From Squalus acanthias (Eukaryota): a DNA stretch of 40,980 bases. Location: NCBI GenBank assembly GCA_030390025.1, contig CM059452.1:18189021-18230000 (forward strand), written 5' to 3'. Of the stretch, positions 21,801 to 36,800 are shown one piece after another. Below the pieces are notes generated by a model. The model saw only the letters and a program-made list of their open reading frames with translations, did not search any database and was not told the DNA's origin. The stretch's first letter is position 1; every line of letters starts with the position of its first letter. The translations under genes were made by a program, and so were the position numbers.

Positions 21801-24800
21801 GGCAATTGTTAACCCACTGTACCTCCACTCCACCGCCAGAGGGAGGGGAAAGGGCAATTGTTAACCCACTGTACCCCCACTCCCCCGCCAGAGAGAGGGG
21901 AAAGGGCAATTGTTAACCCACTGTACCCAATCTCCCCGCCAGAGAGAGGGGAAAGGGCAATTGTTAACCCACTGTACCCCCACTCCCCCGCCAGAGAGAG
22001 GGGAAAGGGCAATTGTTAACCCACTGTACCCACACTCCCCCGCCAGAGAGAGGGAAAAGGGCAATTGTTAACCCCCTGAGCACCACTCCCCAACCAGAGA
22101 GAGTGGGTAGGACAATTCTTAACCCACTGTACCCCACTCCCCCACCAGAGAGACGGGAAAGGACGATTGTTAACTCACTGCACCGCCCACTCACCAACCA
22201 GAGAGAGGCGAAAGGGCAATTGTTAACCCACTGTACCCACCACTCCCCAATCAGAGAGAGGGGCTAGGGCAATTATTAACCCACTAAATCCCCCCACTAA
22301 CCCACTAGAGAGCGGGAGAAGGGCAATTGTTAACCCACTGTACCCCATCTACCGCACCAGAGAGAGGGGAAAGGGCAATGGTTAACCCACTGTACGCAAC
22401 TCCCCCACCAGAGGCAGGGGTTTGTGCGATTTTTAACCCACTGTACCCCCACTCCCCCACCTGAGAGAGGCGAAGTGGCAATTGTTAACCCACTGTACCC
22501 CCACTCCCCCACCAGAGAGAGAGGAAAGGCAATTGTTAACCCAATGTACCCCCACACCTCCTCCAGAGAGCGGGGGAAGGGCAATTGTTAACCCACTGTA
22601 CCCCCACTCCCCCACCAGAGCGAGGAAAGGGCAATTGTTAACCCACTGATCCCCCTCTTCCCCACCAGAGAGAGGGGAAAGGGCAATTGTTAACCCACTG
22701 TTACCGCTCTGCCACCAGAGAGAGGGGAAAGGGCAATTGTTAACACACTTTACCCCCTCTCCCCAACAGAGAGAGGGAAAAAGGCCATTGTTAACACACT
22801 GTACCCCCACTCCCCCACCAGAGAGGGGAAAAGGCAATTGTTAACACACTGTACCCCCACTCCCCAACAGAGAGAGGGGAAAGGGCAATTGTTGACACAC
22901 TGTACCCCCTCTTCCCAACAGAGAGAGGGAAAAAGGCCATTGTTAACACACTCCCCCACCAGAGAGGGAGGAAAGGGCAATTGTTAACCTACTATACACC
23001 CAGTCCCCCACCAGATAGAGGGGAACGGCCAATTATTAACCAACTGTACCCCCTGCCGCACCAGAGAGAGGGGAAAGGGCAATAGTTAAACGGCTGTACC
23101 ACCAACTCCCCGACCAGAGAAAGGGGGCAGAGCAATTGTTAACCCACTGCACCCCCACTCCCACAACAGAGAGAGGGAAAAAGGCCATGGTTAACACACT
23201 GTACATCCACTCCCCCACCAGAGAGGGAGGAAAGGACAATTGTTAACCAACTGTAACACCAGACCCCAAACAGAAAGAGAGGAAAGGACAATTGTTAACC
23301 CACTGGACCCCGAATCCCCAATAGAAAGAGTGGAAAGGGAAATTGTTAACCCACTGTACCCCCACACCCCCATAGAAAGAGAGGAAAGGGAAATTGTTAA
23401 CGCACTGTAGCCCCACTCCCCCGTAGAAAGAGAGGAAAGGGCAATTGTTAACCAAATGTAACCCACTCCCACAACAGAGAGACTGGAAAGGTCGACACTT
23501 AACCAACTGTAGCAACACTCCCCCACCAAAGAGATTGGAAAGGTCGACTCTTAACCAACTGTAACCCACTTCCATAACAGAGAGACTGGAAAGGTCGACT
23601 CTTAACCAACATTAGCAACACTCCCCCACCAGAGAAATGGGAAAGGGCAATTGTTAACCCTTGTTCCCACACTCCCCCACCAGAGAGAGGGGGAAAGGGC
23701 AATTGTTAACCCACTGCTACCCCCACTCCCCCACCAGAGAGAGGGGAAAGGGCAATTGTTAACCCACTCTACCCCCACTCCCCCACCAGAGAGAGGGGAA
23801 AGGGCAATTGTTAACCCACTGTACCCCCACTCCCCCACCAGAGAGAGGGGAAAGGGCAATTGTTAACCCACTGTACCCCCACTCCCCCACCAGAGAGAGG
23901 GGAAAGGGCAATTGTTAACCCACTGTACCCCCACTCCCCCACCAGAGAGAGGGGAAAGGGCAATTGTTAACCCACTGTACCCCCACTCCCCACCAGAGAG
24001 AGGGGAAAGGGCAATTGTTAACCCACTGTACCCCCACTCCCCCACCAGAGAGAGGGGAAGGGCAATTGTTAACCCACTGTACCCCCACTCCCCCACCAGA
24101 GAGAGGGGAAAGGGCAATTGTTAACCCACTGTACCCCCACTCCCCCACCAGAGAGAGGGGAAAGGGCAATTGTTAACCCACTGTACCACCACTCCCGCAC
24201 CAGAGAGAGGGGAAAGGGCAATTGTTAACCCACTGTACTCCTACTCCCACACCAGCGATAGGGGAATATGCAATTGTTAACACACTGTACCCCCTCTCCC
24301 CAACAGAGAGATGGAAAAAGGCCATTGTAAACACACTGTACCCCCACTTCCCCACCAGAGAGGGAGGAAAGGGCAATTGTTAACCTACTATACACCCAGT
24401 CCCCCACCAGATAGAGGGGAACGGCCAATTATTAACCAACTGTACCCCCTGCCGCACCAGAGAGAGGGGAAAGGGCAATAGTTAAACGGCTGTACCACCA
24501 ACTCCCCGACCAGAGAGAGGGGGCAGGGCAATTGTTAACCCATTGCACCCCCACTCCCACAACAGAGAGAGGGAAAAAGGCCATGGTTAACACACTGTAC
24601 ACCCACTCCCCCACCAGAGAGGGAGGAAAGGACAATTGTTAAACAACTGGAACCCCAGACCCCAAACAGAAAGAGAGGAAAGGGCAATTGTTAACCCACT
24701 GGACCCCGAATCCCCAATAGAAAGAGAGGAAAGGGAAACTGTTAACCCACTGTACCCCCACACCCCCATAGAAAGAGAGGAAAGGGAAATTGTTAACCCA

Positions 24801-27800
24801 CTGGACCCCGAATCCCCAATAGAAAGAGAGGAAAGGGAAACTGTTAACCCACTGTACCCCCACACCCCCATAGATAGAGAGGAAAGGGAAATTGTTAACC
24901 CACTGTACCCCCACACCCCCATAGATAGAGAGGAAAGGGAAATTGTAAACCCACTGTACCCCCACTCCCCCATAGAAAGAGAGGAAAGGGCAATTGTTAA
25001 CCCACTGTACCCCCACTCCCCCGCAGAAAGAGAGGAAAGGGAAATTGTTAACCCACTGTACCCCCACACCCCCATAGAAAGAGAGGAAAGGGAAATTGTT
25101 AACCCACTGTACCCCCACTCCCCCGTAGAAAGAGAGGAAAGGGCAATTGTTAACCCACTGTACCCCCACTCCCCCATAGAAAGAGAGGAAAGGGCAATTG
25201 TTAACCTACTGTACCCCCACTCCCCCATAGAAAGAGAGGAAAGGGCAATTGTTAACCTACTGTACCCCCACTCCCCCACCAGAGAGAGGGGAAAGGGAAA
25301 TTGTTAACCAAATGTAACCCACTCCCACAACAGAGAGACTGGAAAGGTCGACTCTTAACCAACAGTAGCAACACTCCCCCACCAGAGAGACTGGAAAGGT
25401 CGACTCTTAACTAACAGTAACCCATTTCCATAACAGAGAGACTGGAAAGGTCGACTCTTAACCAACATTAGCAACACTCCCCCACCAGAGAAAGGGGAAA
25501 GGGCAATTGTTAACCCATGTTCCCACACTCCCCCACCAGAGAGAGGGGGATTTGGAAATTGTTAACCCACTCTACCCCCACTCCCCCACCAGAGAGAGGG
25601 GAAAGGGCAATTGTTAACCCACTGTACCGCCCGCTCCCCCACCAGAGAGAGGAGAAAGGGCAATTGTTAACCCACTGTACCCCCCGCTCCCCCACCAGAG
25701 AGAGGGGAAAGGGCTATTGTTAACCCACTGTACCCCCACTCCCCACCAGAGAGAGGGGAAAGGGCAATTGTTAACCCACTGTAGCCCACGCTCCCCCACC
25801 AGAGAGAGGGGAAAGGGCAATTGTTAACCCACTGTACCCCCACTCCCCACCAGAGAGAGGGGAAAGGGCAATTGTTAACCCACTGTAGCCCACGCTCCCC
25901 CACCAGAGAGAGGGGAAAGGGCAATTGTTAACCCACTGTAGCCCCCGCTCCCACACCAGAGAGAGGGGGAAGGGCAATTGTTAACCCACTGTACCCTCAC
26001 TCAACCACCAGAGAGAGGGGACAGGGCAATTGTTAACCCACTGTAGCCCCCGCTCCCCCCACCAGAGAGCGGGGGAAGGGCAATTGTTAACCCACTGTAG
26101 CCCCCGCTCCCCCCACCAGAGAGCGGGGGAAGGGCAATTGTTAACCCACCGTAGCCCCCGCTCCCCCCACCAGAGAGAGGGGAAAGGGCAATTGTTAACC
26201 CACTGTACCAACCTCTCCCCCACCAGAATGAGGGGAAAGGGCAATTGTTAACCCACTGTACCAACCGCTCCCCCACCAGAGAGAGGGGAAAGGGCAATTG
26301 TTAACCCACTGTACCTCCACACCCCACCAGAGAGAGGGGAAAGGGCAATTGTTAACCCACTGTACCTCCACTCCCCCACCAGAGAGAGCAGAAAGGACAA
26401 TAATTAACCCACTGTACCACCACTCCCGCACAAGAGAGAGGGGAAAGGGCAATTGTCAACCAACTGTAGCCCCCGCTCCCGCACCAGAGAGAGGGGAAAG
26501 GGCAATTGTTAACCCACTGTACTCCCACTCCCACACCAGCGATAGGGGAATATGCAATTGTTAACACACTGTACCAACTCTCCCCAACAGAGAGAGGGAA
26601 AAAGGCCATTGTTAAAACACTGTACCCCCACTCCCCCACCAGAGAGGGAGGAAAGGGCAATTGTTAACCTACTATACACCCAGTCCCCCACCAGATAGAG
26701 GGGAAAGGCCAATTATTAACCAACTGTACCCCTTGCCGCACCAGAGAGAGGGGAAAGGCCAATAGTTAAACGGCTGTACCACCAACTCCCCGACCAGAGA
26801 GAGGGGGCAGAGCAATTGTTAACCCACTGCACCCCCACTCCCACAAAAGAGAGAGGGAAAAAGGCCATGGTTAACACACTGTACACCCACTCCCCCACCA
26901 GAGAGGGAGGAAAGGACAATTGTTAAACAACTGGAACCCCAGACCACAAACAGAAAGAGAGGAAAGGGCAATTGTTAACCCACTGGACCCCGAATCCCCA
27001 ATAGAAAGAGAGGAAAGGGAAATTGTTAACCCACTGTACCCCCACACCCCCATAGAAAGAGAGGAAAGGGCAATTGTTAACCCACTGTACCCCCACACCC
27101 CATAGAAAGAGAGGAAAGGGCAATTGTTAACCCACTGTACCCCCACTCCCCCGCAGAAAGAGAGGAAAGGGAAATTGTTAACCCACTGTACCCCCACTCC
27201 CCCGTAGAAAGAGAGGAAAGGGCAATTGTTAACCCACTGTACTCCCACTCCCCCATAGAAAGAGAGGAAAGGGCAATTGTTAACCTACTGTACCCCCACT
27301 CCCCCATAGAAAGCGAGGAAAGGGCAATTGTTAAACTACTGTACCCCCACTCCCCCACCAGAGAGAGGGGAAAGGGAAATTGTTAACCAAATGTAACCCA
27401 CTCCCACAACAGAGAGACTGGAAAGTTCGACTCTTAGCCAACAGAAGCAACACTCCCCCACCAGAGAGACTGGAATGTCGACTCTTAACCAACTGTAACC
27501 TACTTCCATAACAGAGAGACTGGAAAGGTCGACTCTTAACCAACATTAGCAACACTCCCCCACCAGAGAAAGGGGAAAGGGCAATTGTTAACCCATGTTC
27601 CCACACTCCCCCACCAGAGAGAGGGGGATTTGGAAATTGTTAACCCACTCTACCCCCACTCCCCCACCAGAGAGAGGGGAAAGGGCAATTGTTAACCCAC
27701 TGTACCCCCCGCTCCCCCACCAGAGAGAGGGGAAAGGGCAATTGTTAACCCACTGTACCCCCACTCCCCACCAGAGAGATTGGAAAGGGCAATTGTTAAC

Positions 27801-30800
27801 CCACTGTACCTCCACTCCCCCACCAGAGAGCGCGGAAAGGACAATAATTTACCCACTGTACCACCACTCCCGCACCAGAGAGAGGGGAAAGGGCAATTGT
27901 TAACCCACTGTACTCCCACTCGCACACCAGCGATAGGGGAATATGCAATTGTTAACACACTGTACCCCCTCTCCCCAACAGAGAGAGGGAAAAAGGTCAT
28001 TGTTAAAACACTGTACCCCCACTCCCCCACCAGAGAGGGAGTAAAGGACAATTGTTAACCTACTATACACCCAGTCCCCCACCAGATAGAGGGGAAAGAC
28101 CAATTATTAACCAACTGTACCCCCTGCCGCACCAGAGAGAGGGGAAAGGGCAATAGTTAAACGGCTGTACCACCAACTCCCCGACCAGTGAGAGGGGGCA
28201 GAGCAATTGTTAACCCACTGCACCCCCACTCCCACAACAGAGAGAGGGAAAAAGGCCATGGTTAACACACTGTACACCCACTCCCCCACCAGAGAGGGAG
28301 TAAAGGACAATTGTTAAATAACTGGAACCCCAGACCCCAAACAGAAAGAGAGGAAAGGACAATTGTTAACCAACTGTAAACCCAGACCCCAAACAGAAAG
28401 AGAGGAAAGGGCAATTGTTAACCCACTGGACCCCGAATCCCCAATAGAAAGAGAGGAAAGGGAAACTGTTAACCCACTGTACCCCCACACCCCCATAGAT
28501 AGAGATGAAAGGGAAATTGTTAACCCACTGTACCCCCCAAACCCCCATAGAAAGAGAGGAAAGGGCAATTGTTAACCCACTGTACCCCCACTCCCCCGCA
28601 GAAAGAGAGGAAAGGGAAATTGTTAACCCACTGTACCCCCACACCCCCATAGAAAGAGAGGAAAGAGAAATTGTTAAACCACTGTACCCCCACTCCCCCG
28701 TAGAAAGAGAGGAAAGGGCAATTGTTAACCCACTGTACCCCCACTCCCCCATAGAAAGAGAGGAAAGGGCAATTGTTAACCTACTGTACCCCCACTCCCC
28801 CATAGAAAGAGAGGAAAGGGCAATTGTTAACCCACTGTACCCCCACTCACCCGCAGAAAGAGAGGAAAGGGAAATTGTTAACCCACTGTACTCCCACTCC
28901 CACACCAGCGATAGGGGAATATGCAATTGTTAACACACTGTACACCACTCTCCCAACAGAGAGAGGGGAAAGGGCCATTGTAACCACACTGTACCACCCG
29001 CTCCCGCACAAGACAGAGGGGAAAGGGCAATTGTTAACACACTGTACACCACTCTCCCGACAGAGAGAGGGGAAAGGGCAATTGTTAACGCACTGTACCC
29101 CTCGCTCCCGCACCAGAGAGAGGGGAAAGGGCAATTTTTAACACACTGTACCCCCACTCCCCAACCAGAGAGTGGGGAAAGGGCAATTGTTAACCCACTG
29201 TACCCCCACTCCCCCACCAGAGAGAGGGGAAAGGGCAATTGTTAACACACTGTACCCCCACTCCCCCACCAGAGAGAGGGGAAAGGGCAATTGTTAACCC
29301 ACTGTACCCCCACTCCCCCACCAGAGAGAGGGGAAAGGGCAATTGTTAACCCACTGTACCCCCACTCCCCACCAGAGAGAGGGGAAAGGGCAATTGTTAA
29401 CCCACTGTACCCCCACTCCCCCACCAGAGAGAGGGGAAAGGGCAATTGTTAACCCACTGTACCTCCCACTCCCCCACCAGAGAGAGGGGAAAGGCAATTG
29501 TTAACCACTGTACCACCACTCCCCCACCAGAGAGAGGGGAAAGGGCAATTGTTAACCCACTGTACCCCCACTCCCCCACCAGAGAGAGGGGAAAGGGCAA
29601 TTGTTAACCACTGTACCCCCACTCCCCCACCAGAGAGAGGGGAAAGGGCAATTGTTAACCCACTGTACCTCCCACTCCCCCACCAGAGAGAAGAGAAAGA
29701 CCAATTGTTAACCCTCTGTACCACAACTCCCCCACCAGCGAGAGGGGAAAGGACAATTGTTACCCCACTGTACCCCCACTTCACCAATAGAGAGAGGTAA
29801 CAGGACATTAATTAACCGAATGTACTCCCCTCCGCTTTCAGAGAGAGGGGAATGTGCAATTGTTAACCCACTGTAGCTCCAACTCCCCCCCCAGTGAGAA
29901 GGGACAGGACATTAATTAACCCACAGTACCCCCCTCCGCCACCAGCGAGAGGGGAATGGGCAGTTGTTAACCCACTGTAGCCCCCACTTACTCATCAGAG
30001 AGAGGGGAAAGGGCAATTGTTAACCCTCTGTACCAACACTCCCCCACCAGAGAGAGCGAAAAGGGCAATTGTTAACCCACTGTAACCCCACTCCCCACCA
30101 GAGAGATGGGAAAGGGCAATTGTTAACCAACTGTATCCCGTCACCAACACTAGCGAGAGAGAGAAAAGAGCAACTGTTAACCCACTTTAACCGCAGTACC
30201 CCACTAGAGACAAGGAAAGGTCATTTTTGAACCCACTGTACCTCCCACATCTCCACCAGAGGAAGTGGAAAGGGCAATTGTTAACACACTGTAACCCACT
30301 CCCCCACCAGAGTGAATGGACCGTTCGACTGTTGTCCAACTGTCGCAACACTCCCCATCAGAGAGAGGGGGAAGGGAAATGATTACCCTCTGTATTTCAC
30401 ACTCCCCCACCAGAAAGAGAGGAAAGGGCAAATGTTAACCCTCTGTACCTCCCACTCTCCGATCAGAGAGAGGGAACCGGGCAATTTTTAACCAACCGTA
30501 CCCCCCTCCCCCACAAGAGAGAGGGGAAGGAAAATTGTTAACCCACTGTACCCCACTCCTCCACCAGAGAGAGGGGAAAGGGCTATTGTTAACCCACTGT
30601 ACCTCCACACCCCACCAGAGAGAGGGGACAGGACATTAATTAACCGACTGTACTCCCCTCCACCACCAGAGAGAGGGGAATGTGCAATTGTTAACCACTG
30701 TACCCCCACTCCCCCACCAGAGAGAGGGAAAGGGCAATTGTAACCCACTGTACCCCCACTCCCCACCAGAGAGAGGGGAAAGGGCAATTGTTAACCCACT

Positions 30801-33800
30801 GTACCTCCCACTCCCCCACCAGAGAGAGGGAAAGGGCAATTGTTAACCCACTGTACCCCCACTCCCCCACCAGAGAGAGGGAAAGGGCAATTGTTAACCC
30901 ACTGTACCTCCACTCCCCACCAGAGAGAGGGAAAGGGCAATTGTTAACCCACTGTACTCCCCACTCCCCCACCAGAGAGAGGGGAAAGGGCAATTGTTAA
31001 CCCACTGTACCCCCACTCCCCCACCAGAGAGAGGGGAAAGGGCAATTGTTAACCCACTGTACCTCCCACTCCCCCACCAGAGAGAGGGGAAAGGGCAATT
31101 GTTAACCACTGTACCTCCCACTCCCCCACCAGAGAGAGGGGAAAGGGCAATTGTTAACCCACTGTACCCCCCACTCCCCCACCAGTGAGAGGGGAAAGAA
31201 CAATTGTTAACCCACTGTACCTCCCACATCCCCACCAGAGAGAGGGAAAAGGGAAATTGTTAATACACTGTACCCCCACTCCCCCACCAGAGAGAGAGGA
31301 AAGGGCAATTGTTAACCCGCTGTACCCCCACTCCCCCACAAGAGAGACGGGAAAGGGCAATTGTTAACCCACTGATCCCACTGCTCCCCAATAAGAGAGA
31401 GGGGCAAGGGCAAGTGTTAACCCACTGTATCCCCACTCCCCCACTAGAGAAAGGGGAAAGGGCAATTGTTAACACACTGTACCACAACTCCCCCACAAGA
31501 GAGTGGGGGAAGGACAATTATTAACCCACTTTACCCCCCACTTCCCCACCGGAGAGAGGGGACAGGACATTAATTAACCGAATGTACTCGCCTCCACCAC
31601 CAGAGAGAGGGAAATGTGCAACTGTTAACCCACTGTACCTCACACTCCGCCACCAGTGAGAGGGGACAGAGCAATTGTTAACCCACTGCACCCCCACTCC
31701 CACACCAGAGAGACTGGAAAGGACAATTGTTTACCAACTTGAACTCCAGACACCCACCAGAAAGAGAGGAAAGGGAAATTTTTAACCAACTGTAACCCCA
31801 GACCCCAACCAGAAAGAGAGGAAAGGGAAATTGTTAACCCACTGTACCCCCACTCCCCCATAGAAAGAGAGGAAAGGGCAATTGTTATCCCACTGTACCC
31901 CCACTCCCCCACCAGAAAGAGAGGAAAGGGCAATTGTTAACCCACTGTACCCCCACTCCCCCATAGAAAGAGCGGAAAGGACAATTGTTAACCCACTGTA
32001 CACCCACTCCCCCATAGAAAGAGGGGGAAGGACAATTGTTAACCCACTGTACCCCCACTCCCTCACCAGAGAGAGAGGGAAGGACAATTATTAACCCACT
32101 GTACTCCACTTCCCCACCAGAGAGAGGTGACAGGGCATTAATTAACCGACTGTACTCCCCTCCGCTTTCAGAAAGAGGGGAATGTGCAATTGTTAACCCT
32201 CTGTACCTCCCACTCCCACAACAGTGAGAGGGGACAGGACACATATTAACCCAGGTACCCCCCTCCGCCACCAGGGACAGGGGAATTGGCAATCGTTAAC
32301 ACACTGTACCCCACTTCACCAACAGAGAGGGGGAAATGGCAATTGTTAAACCACTGTAACCCCACTCTTCCGCCAGATAGAGGGATGAGAGCAATTGCTA
32401 ACTCACTGTACACCCACACCCACAAAATAGAGCGTGGGAAGGGCAATTGTTAAGCCAATGTACCTCACTCCCCAAAAGAGAGAGGGGAAAGTGCAATTGT
32501 TAACCAATTGTAACCCCACTCCCCCACCAGAGAGAGGGGAAAGTGCAATTGTTAACCAATTGTACCCCCACTCCCCCACCAGAGAGAGGGGAAAGGTCAA
32601 TTGTTAACCCACTGTACCCACACTCTCCCACCAGAGAGAGGGGGAAGGACAATTGTTAACCCACTGTACCACACTCCCCCACCAGAGAGAGGAGAAAGGG
32701 CAATTGTTAACCCACTGTACCCGCACTGTCACACCAGAGAGAGGGGAAAGGACAATTGTTAACCCACTGTACCCCCATTCTCGCACCAGAGAGAGGGGAA
32801 AGGGCAATTGTTAACCCACTGTACCCGCACTCTCACACCAGAGAGAGGGGAAAGGACAATTGTTAACCCACTGTACCCTCATTCTCCTACCAGAGAGAGG
32901 GGAAAGGGCAATTGTTAACCCACTGTACCACAACACCCCCAACAGAGAGAGGGGAAAGGGCAATTGTTAACCCACTGTACCTCCACACCCCACCAGAGAG
33001 AGGGGAAAGGACAATTGTTAACCCACTGTACCTCCACTCCCCCACCAGAGAGAGCAGAAAGGACAATAATTAACCCACTGTACCACCACTCCCGCACAAG
33101 AGAGACGGGAAAGGGCAATTGTTAACCAATTGTAGCCCCCGCTCCCCCACCAGAGAGAGGGGAAAGGGCAATTGTTAACCCACTGTACTCCCACTCCCAC
33201 ACCAGCGATAGGGGAATATGCAATTGTTAACACACTGTACGCCACTCTCCCAACAGAGAGAGGGGAAAGGGCCATTGTAACCACACTGTACCACCCGCTC
33301 CCGCACAAGACAGAGGGGAAAGGGCAATTGTTAACACACTGTACACCACTCTCCCGACAGAGAGAGGGGAAAAGGCAATTGTTAACGCACTGTACCCCCG
33401 CTCCCGCACCAGAGAGAGGGGAAAGGGCAATTTTTAACACACTGTACCCCCACTCCCCAACCAGAGAGAGGGGAAAGGGCAATTGTTAACCCACTGTACC
33501 CCCACTCCCCAACCAGAGAGAGGGGAAAGGGCAATTGTTAACACACTGTACCCCCCGCTCCCGCACCAGACAGAGGGGAAAGGGCAATTGTTAACCCACT
33601 TTACTCCCACTCCCACACCAGCGATAGGGGAATATGCAATTGTTAACACACTGTACACCACTCCCCCACCAGAGAGAGGGGAAAGGGCAATTGTTAACCC
33701 ACTGAGCCCACGCTCCCCCACAGAGAGAGAGGAAAGGTCAATTTTTAACCAACTGTAACCCCACTCCCCCCCAGACAGAAGAGTAAGGGCAATTGTTAAC

Positions 33801-36800
33801 CCACTGCACCAGAACTCCCCCACCAGAGAGAAGAGAAAGACCAATTGTTAACCCTCTGTACCACAACTCCCCCACCAGCGAGAGGGGAAAGGACAATTGT
33901 TACCCCACTGTACCCCCACTTCACCAATAGTGAGAGGTAACAGGACATTAATTAACCGAATGTACTCCCCTCCGCTTTCAGAGAGAGGGGAATGTGCAAT
34001 TGTTAACCCACTGTAGCTCCAACTCCCCACCCCAGTGAGAAGGGACAGGACATTAATTAACCCACAGTACCCCCCTCCGCCACCAGCGAGAGGGGAATGG
34101 GCAGTTGTTAACCCACTGTAGCCGCCAGTCACTCATCAGAGAGAGGGGAAAGGGCAATTGTTAACCCTCTGTACCAACACTCCCCCACCAGAGAGAGCGA
34201 AAAGGGCAATTGTTAACCCACTGTAACCCCACTCCCCACCAGAGAGAGGGGAAAGGGCAATTGTTAACCAACTGTATCCCGTCACCAACACTAGCGAGAG
34301 AGAGAAAGGAGCAACTGTTAACCCACTTTAACCGCAGTACCCCACTAGAGACAAGGAAAGGTCATTTTTGAACCCACTGTACCACCACATCTCCACCAGA
34401 GGAAGTGGAAAGGGCAAATGTTAACACACTGTAACCCACTCCCCCACCAGAGTGAATGGACCGTTCGAAGGTTGTCCAACTGTCGCAACACTCCCCATCA
34501 GAGAGAGGGGGAAGGGAAATGATTACCTCTGTATCTCCCACTCCCCCACCAGAGAGAGAGGAAAGGGCAAATGTTAACCCTCTGTACCTCCCACTCTCCG
34601 ATCAGAGAGAGGGAACCGGGCAATTTTTAACCAACCATACCCCCCTCCCCCACAAGAGAGAGGGGAAGGAAAATTGTTAACCCACTGTACCCCACTCCTC
34701 CACCAGAGAGAGGGGAAAGGGGTATTGTTAACCCACTGTACCTCCACACCCCACCAGAGAGAGGGGACAGGACATTCATTAACCGACTGTACTCCCCTCC
34801 ACCACCAGAGAGAGGGGAATGTGCAATTGTTAACCCACTTTACCTCCCACTCCCCCACCAGAGAGAAAGTAAAGGACAATTGTTAACCCACTGTACCACC
34901 CACACCCCCAAAAGTGAAAGGGGACAGGACATTAATTAACCCACTGTACTCCCCTCCGCCACCAGAGAGAGGGGAATTGGCAATTGTTAATACACTGTAC
35001 CCCCACTTCACCAACAGAGAGAGGGGAGAGGGCAATTGTTAAACCACTGTACCCCCACTCCTCCGCCAGAGCGAGGGGGAGAGCAACTGTTAACTCACTG
35101 TACCCCCATTCCCCCACCAGAGAGAGAGGAAAGGGCAATTGTTAACACACTGCGCCTCCACTCCCCCACCAGAGAGAGGGGAAAGGGCTATTGTTAACCC
35201 ACTGAGCCCACCACTTCCACCACAAGAGAGAGGGAAAAGGGAAATTGTTAATACACTGTACCCCCACTCCCCCACCAGAGAGAGAGGAAAGGGCAATTGT
35301 TAACCCGCTGTACCCCCACTCCCCACAAGAGAGACGGGAAAGGGAAATTGTTAACCCACTGATCCCACTGCTCCCCAATAAGAGAGAGGGGCAAGGGCAA
35401 GTGTTAACCCACTGTATCCCCACTCCCCCACTAGAGAGAGGGGCAAGGGCAAGTGTTAAGCCACTGTATCCCCACTCCCCCACTAGAGAGAGGGGCAAGG
35501 GCAAGTGTTAACCCACTGTATCCCCACTCCCCCACTAGAGAAGGGGAAAGGGCAATTGTTAACACACTGTACCACAACTCCCCCACAAGAGAGTGGGGGA
35601 AGGACAATTATTAACCCACTTTACCCCCCACTTCCCCACCGGAGAGAGGGGACAGGACATTAATTAACCGAATGTACTCGCCTCCACCACCAGAGAGAGG
35701 GAAATGTGCAACTGTTAACCCACTGTACCTCACACTCCCCCACAAGTGAGAGGGGACAGAGCTATTGTTAACACACTGCACCCCCACTCCCACACCAGAG
35801 ACACTGGAAAGGACAATTGTTTACCAACTTGAACTCCAGACACCCACCAGAAAGAGAGGAAAGGGAAATTGTTAACCAACTGTAACCCCAGACCCCAACC
35901 AGAAAGAGAGGAAAGGGAAATTGTTAACCCACTGGACCCCGAATCTCCAATAGAAAGAGAGGAAAGGGCAATTGTTAACCCACTGTACCCCCACTCCCCC
36001 ATAGAAAGAGAGGAAAGGGCAATTGTTATCCCACTGTACCCCCACTCCCCCACCAGAAAGAGAGGAAAGGGCAATTGTTAACCCACTGTACAACCACTCC
36101 CCCATAGAAAGAGAGGAAAGGACAATTGTTAACCCACTGTACCACAACACCCCCAACAGAGAGAGGGCGAAGGGCAATTGTTAACCCACTGTACCACACT
36201 CCCCCACAAGAGAGAGGGGGAAGGACAATTTTTAACCCACTGTACCGCACTCCCCCAAGAGAGAGGGGAAAGGACAATTGTTAACCCACTGTACCTCACT
36301 CCCCCAAGAGAGAGGGGAAAGGACAATTGTTAACCCACTGTACCTCACTCCCCCAAGAGAGAGGGGAAAGGACAATTGTTAACCCACTGTACCTCACTCC
36401 CCCAAGAGAGAGGGGAAAGGACAATTGTTAACCCACTGTAGCCCCAGTCCAGCAAAAGAGAAAGAGGAAAGGGCTATTGTTAACACACTGTACCCCCACT
36501 CTCCCACCAGAGAGAGTGGAAAGGGCAATTGTTAAACCACTGTACCACTACTCTCCCACCAGAGAGAGTGGAAAGGGCAATTGTTAAACCACTGTTCCAC
36601 TACTCTCCCACCAGAGAGAGGGAAATGGGCAATTGTTAACCCACTGTACACCTACTCTCCCAACAGAGAGAGGGGAAAGGGCAATTGTTAACAGACTGTA
36701 CCACAACTCCCCCACCAGAGAGAGGGAGAAGGGCAGTTGTTAACCCACTGTACCCCACTTCCCCACAAGAGAGAGGGGGAAGGACAATTTTTAACACACT

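Noticed and set aside
23750-24180. Satellite monomer as a cryptic RSS (CACTGTA, 23-bp spacer, GGGGAAAGG)
   Set aside because: The spacing is suggestive, but the nonamer matches ACAAAAACC at only 3 of 9 positions and no V, D or J coding segment is adjacent. An RSS information-content score would be needed to revive the idea.
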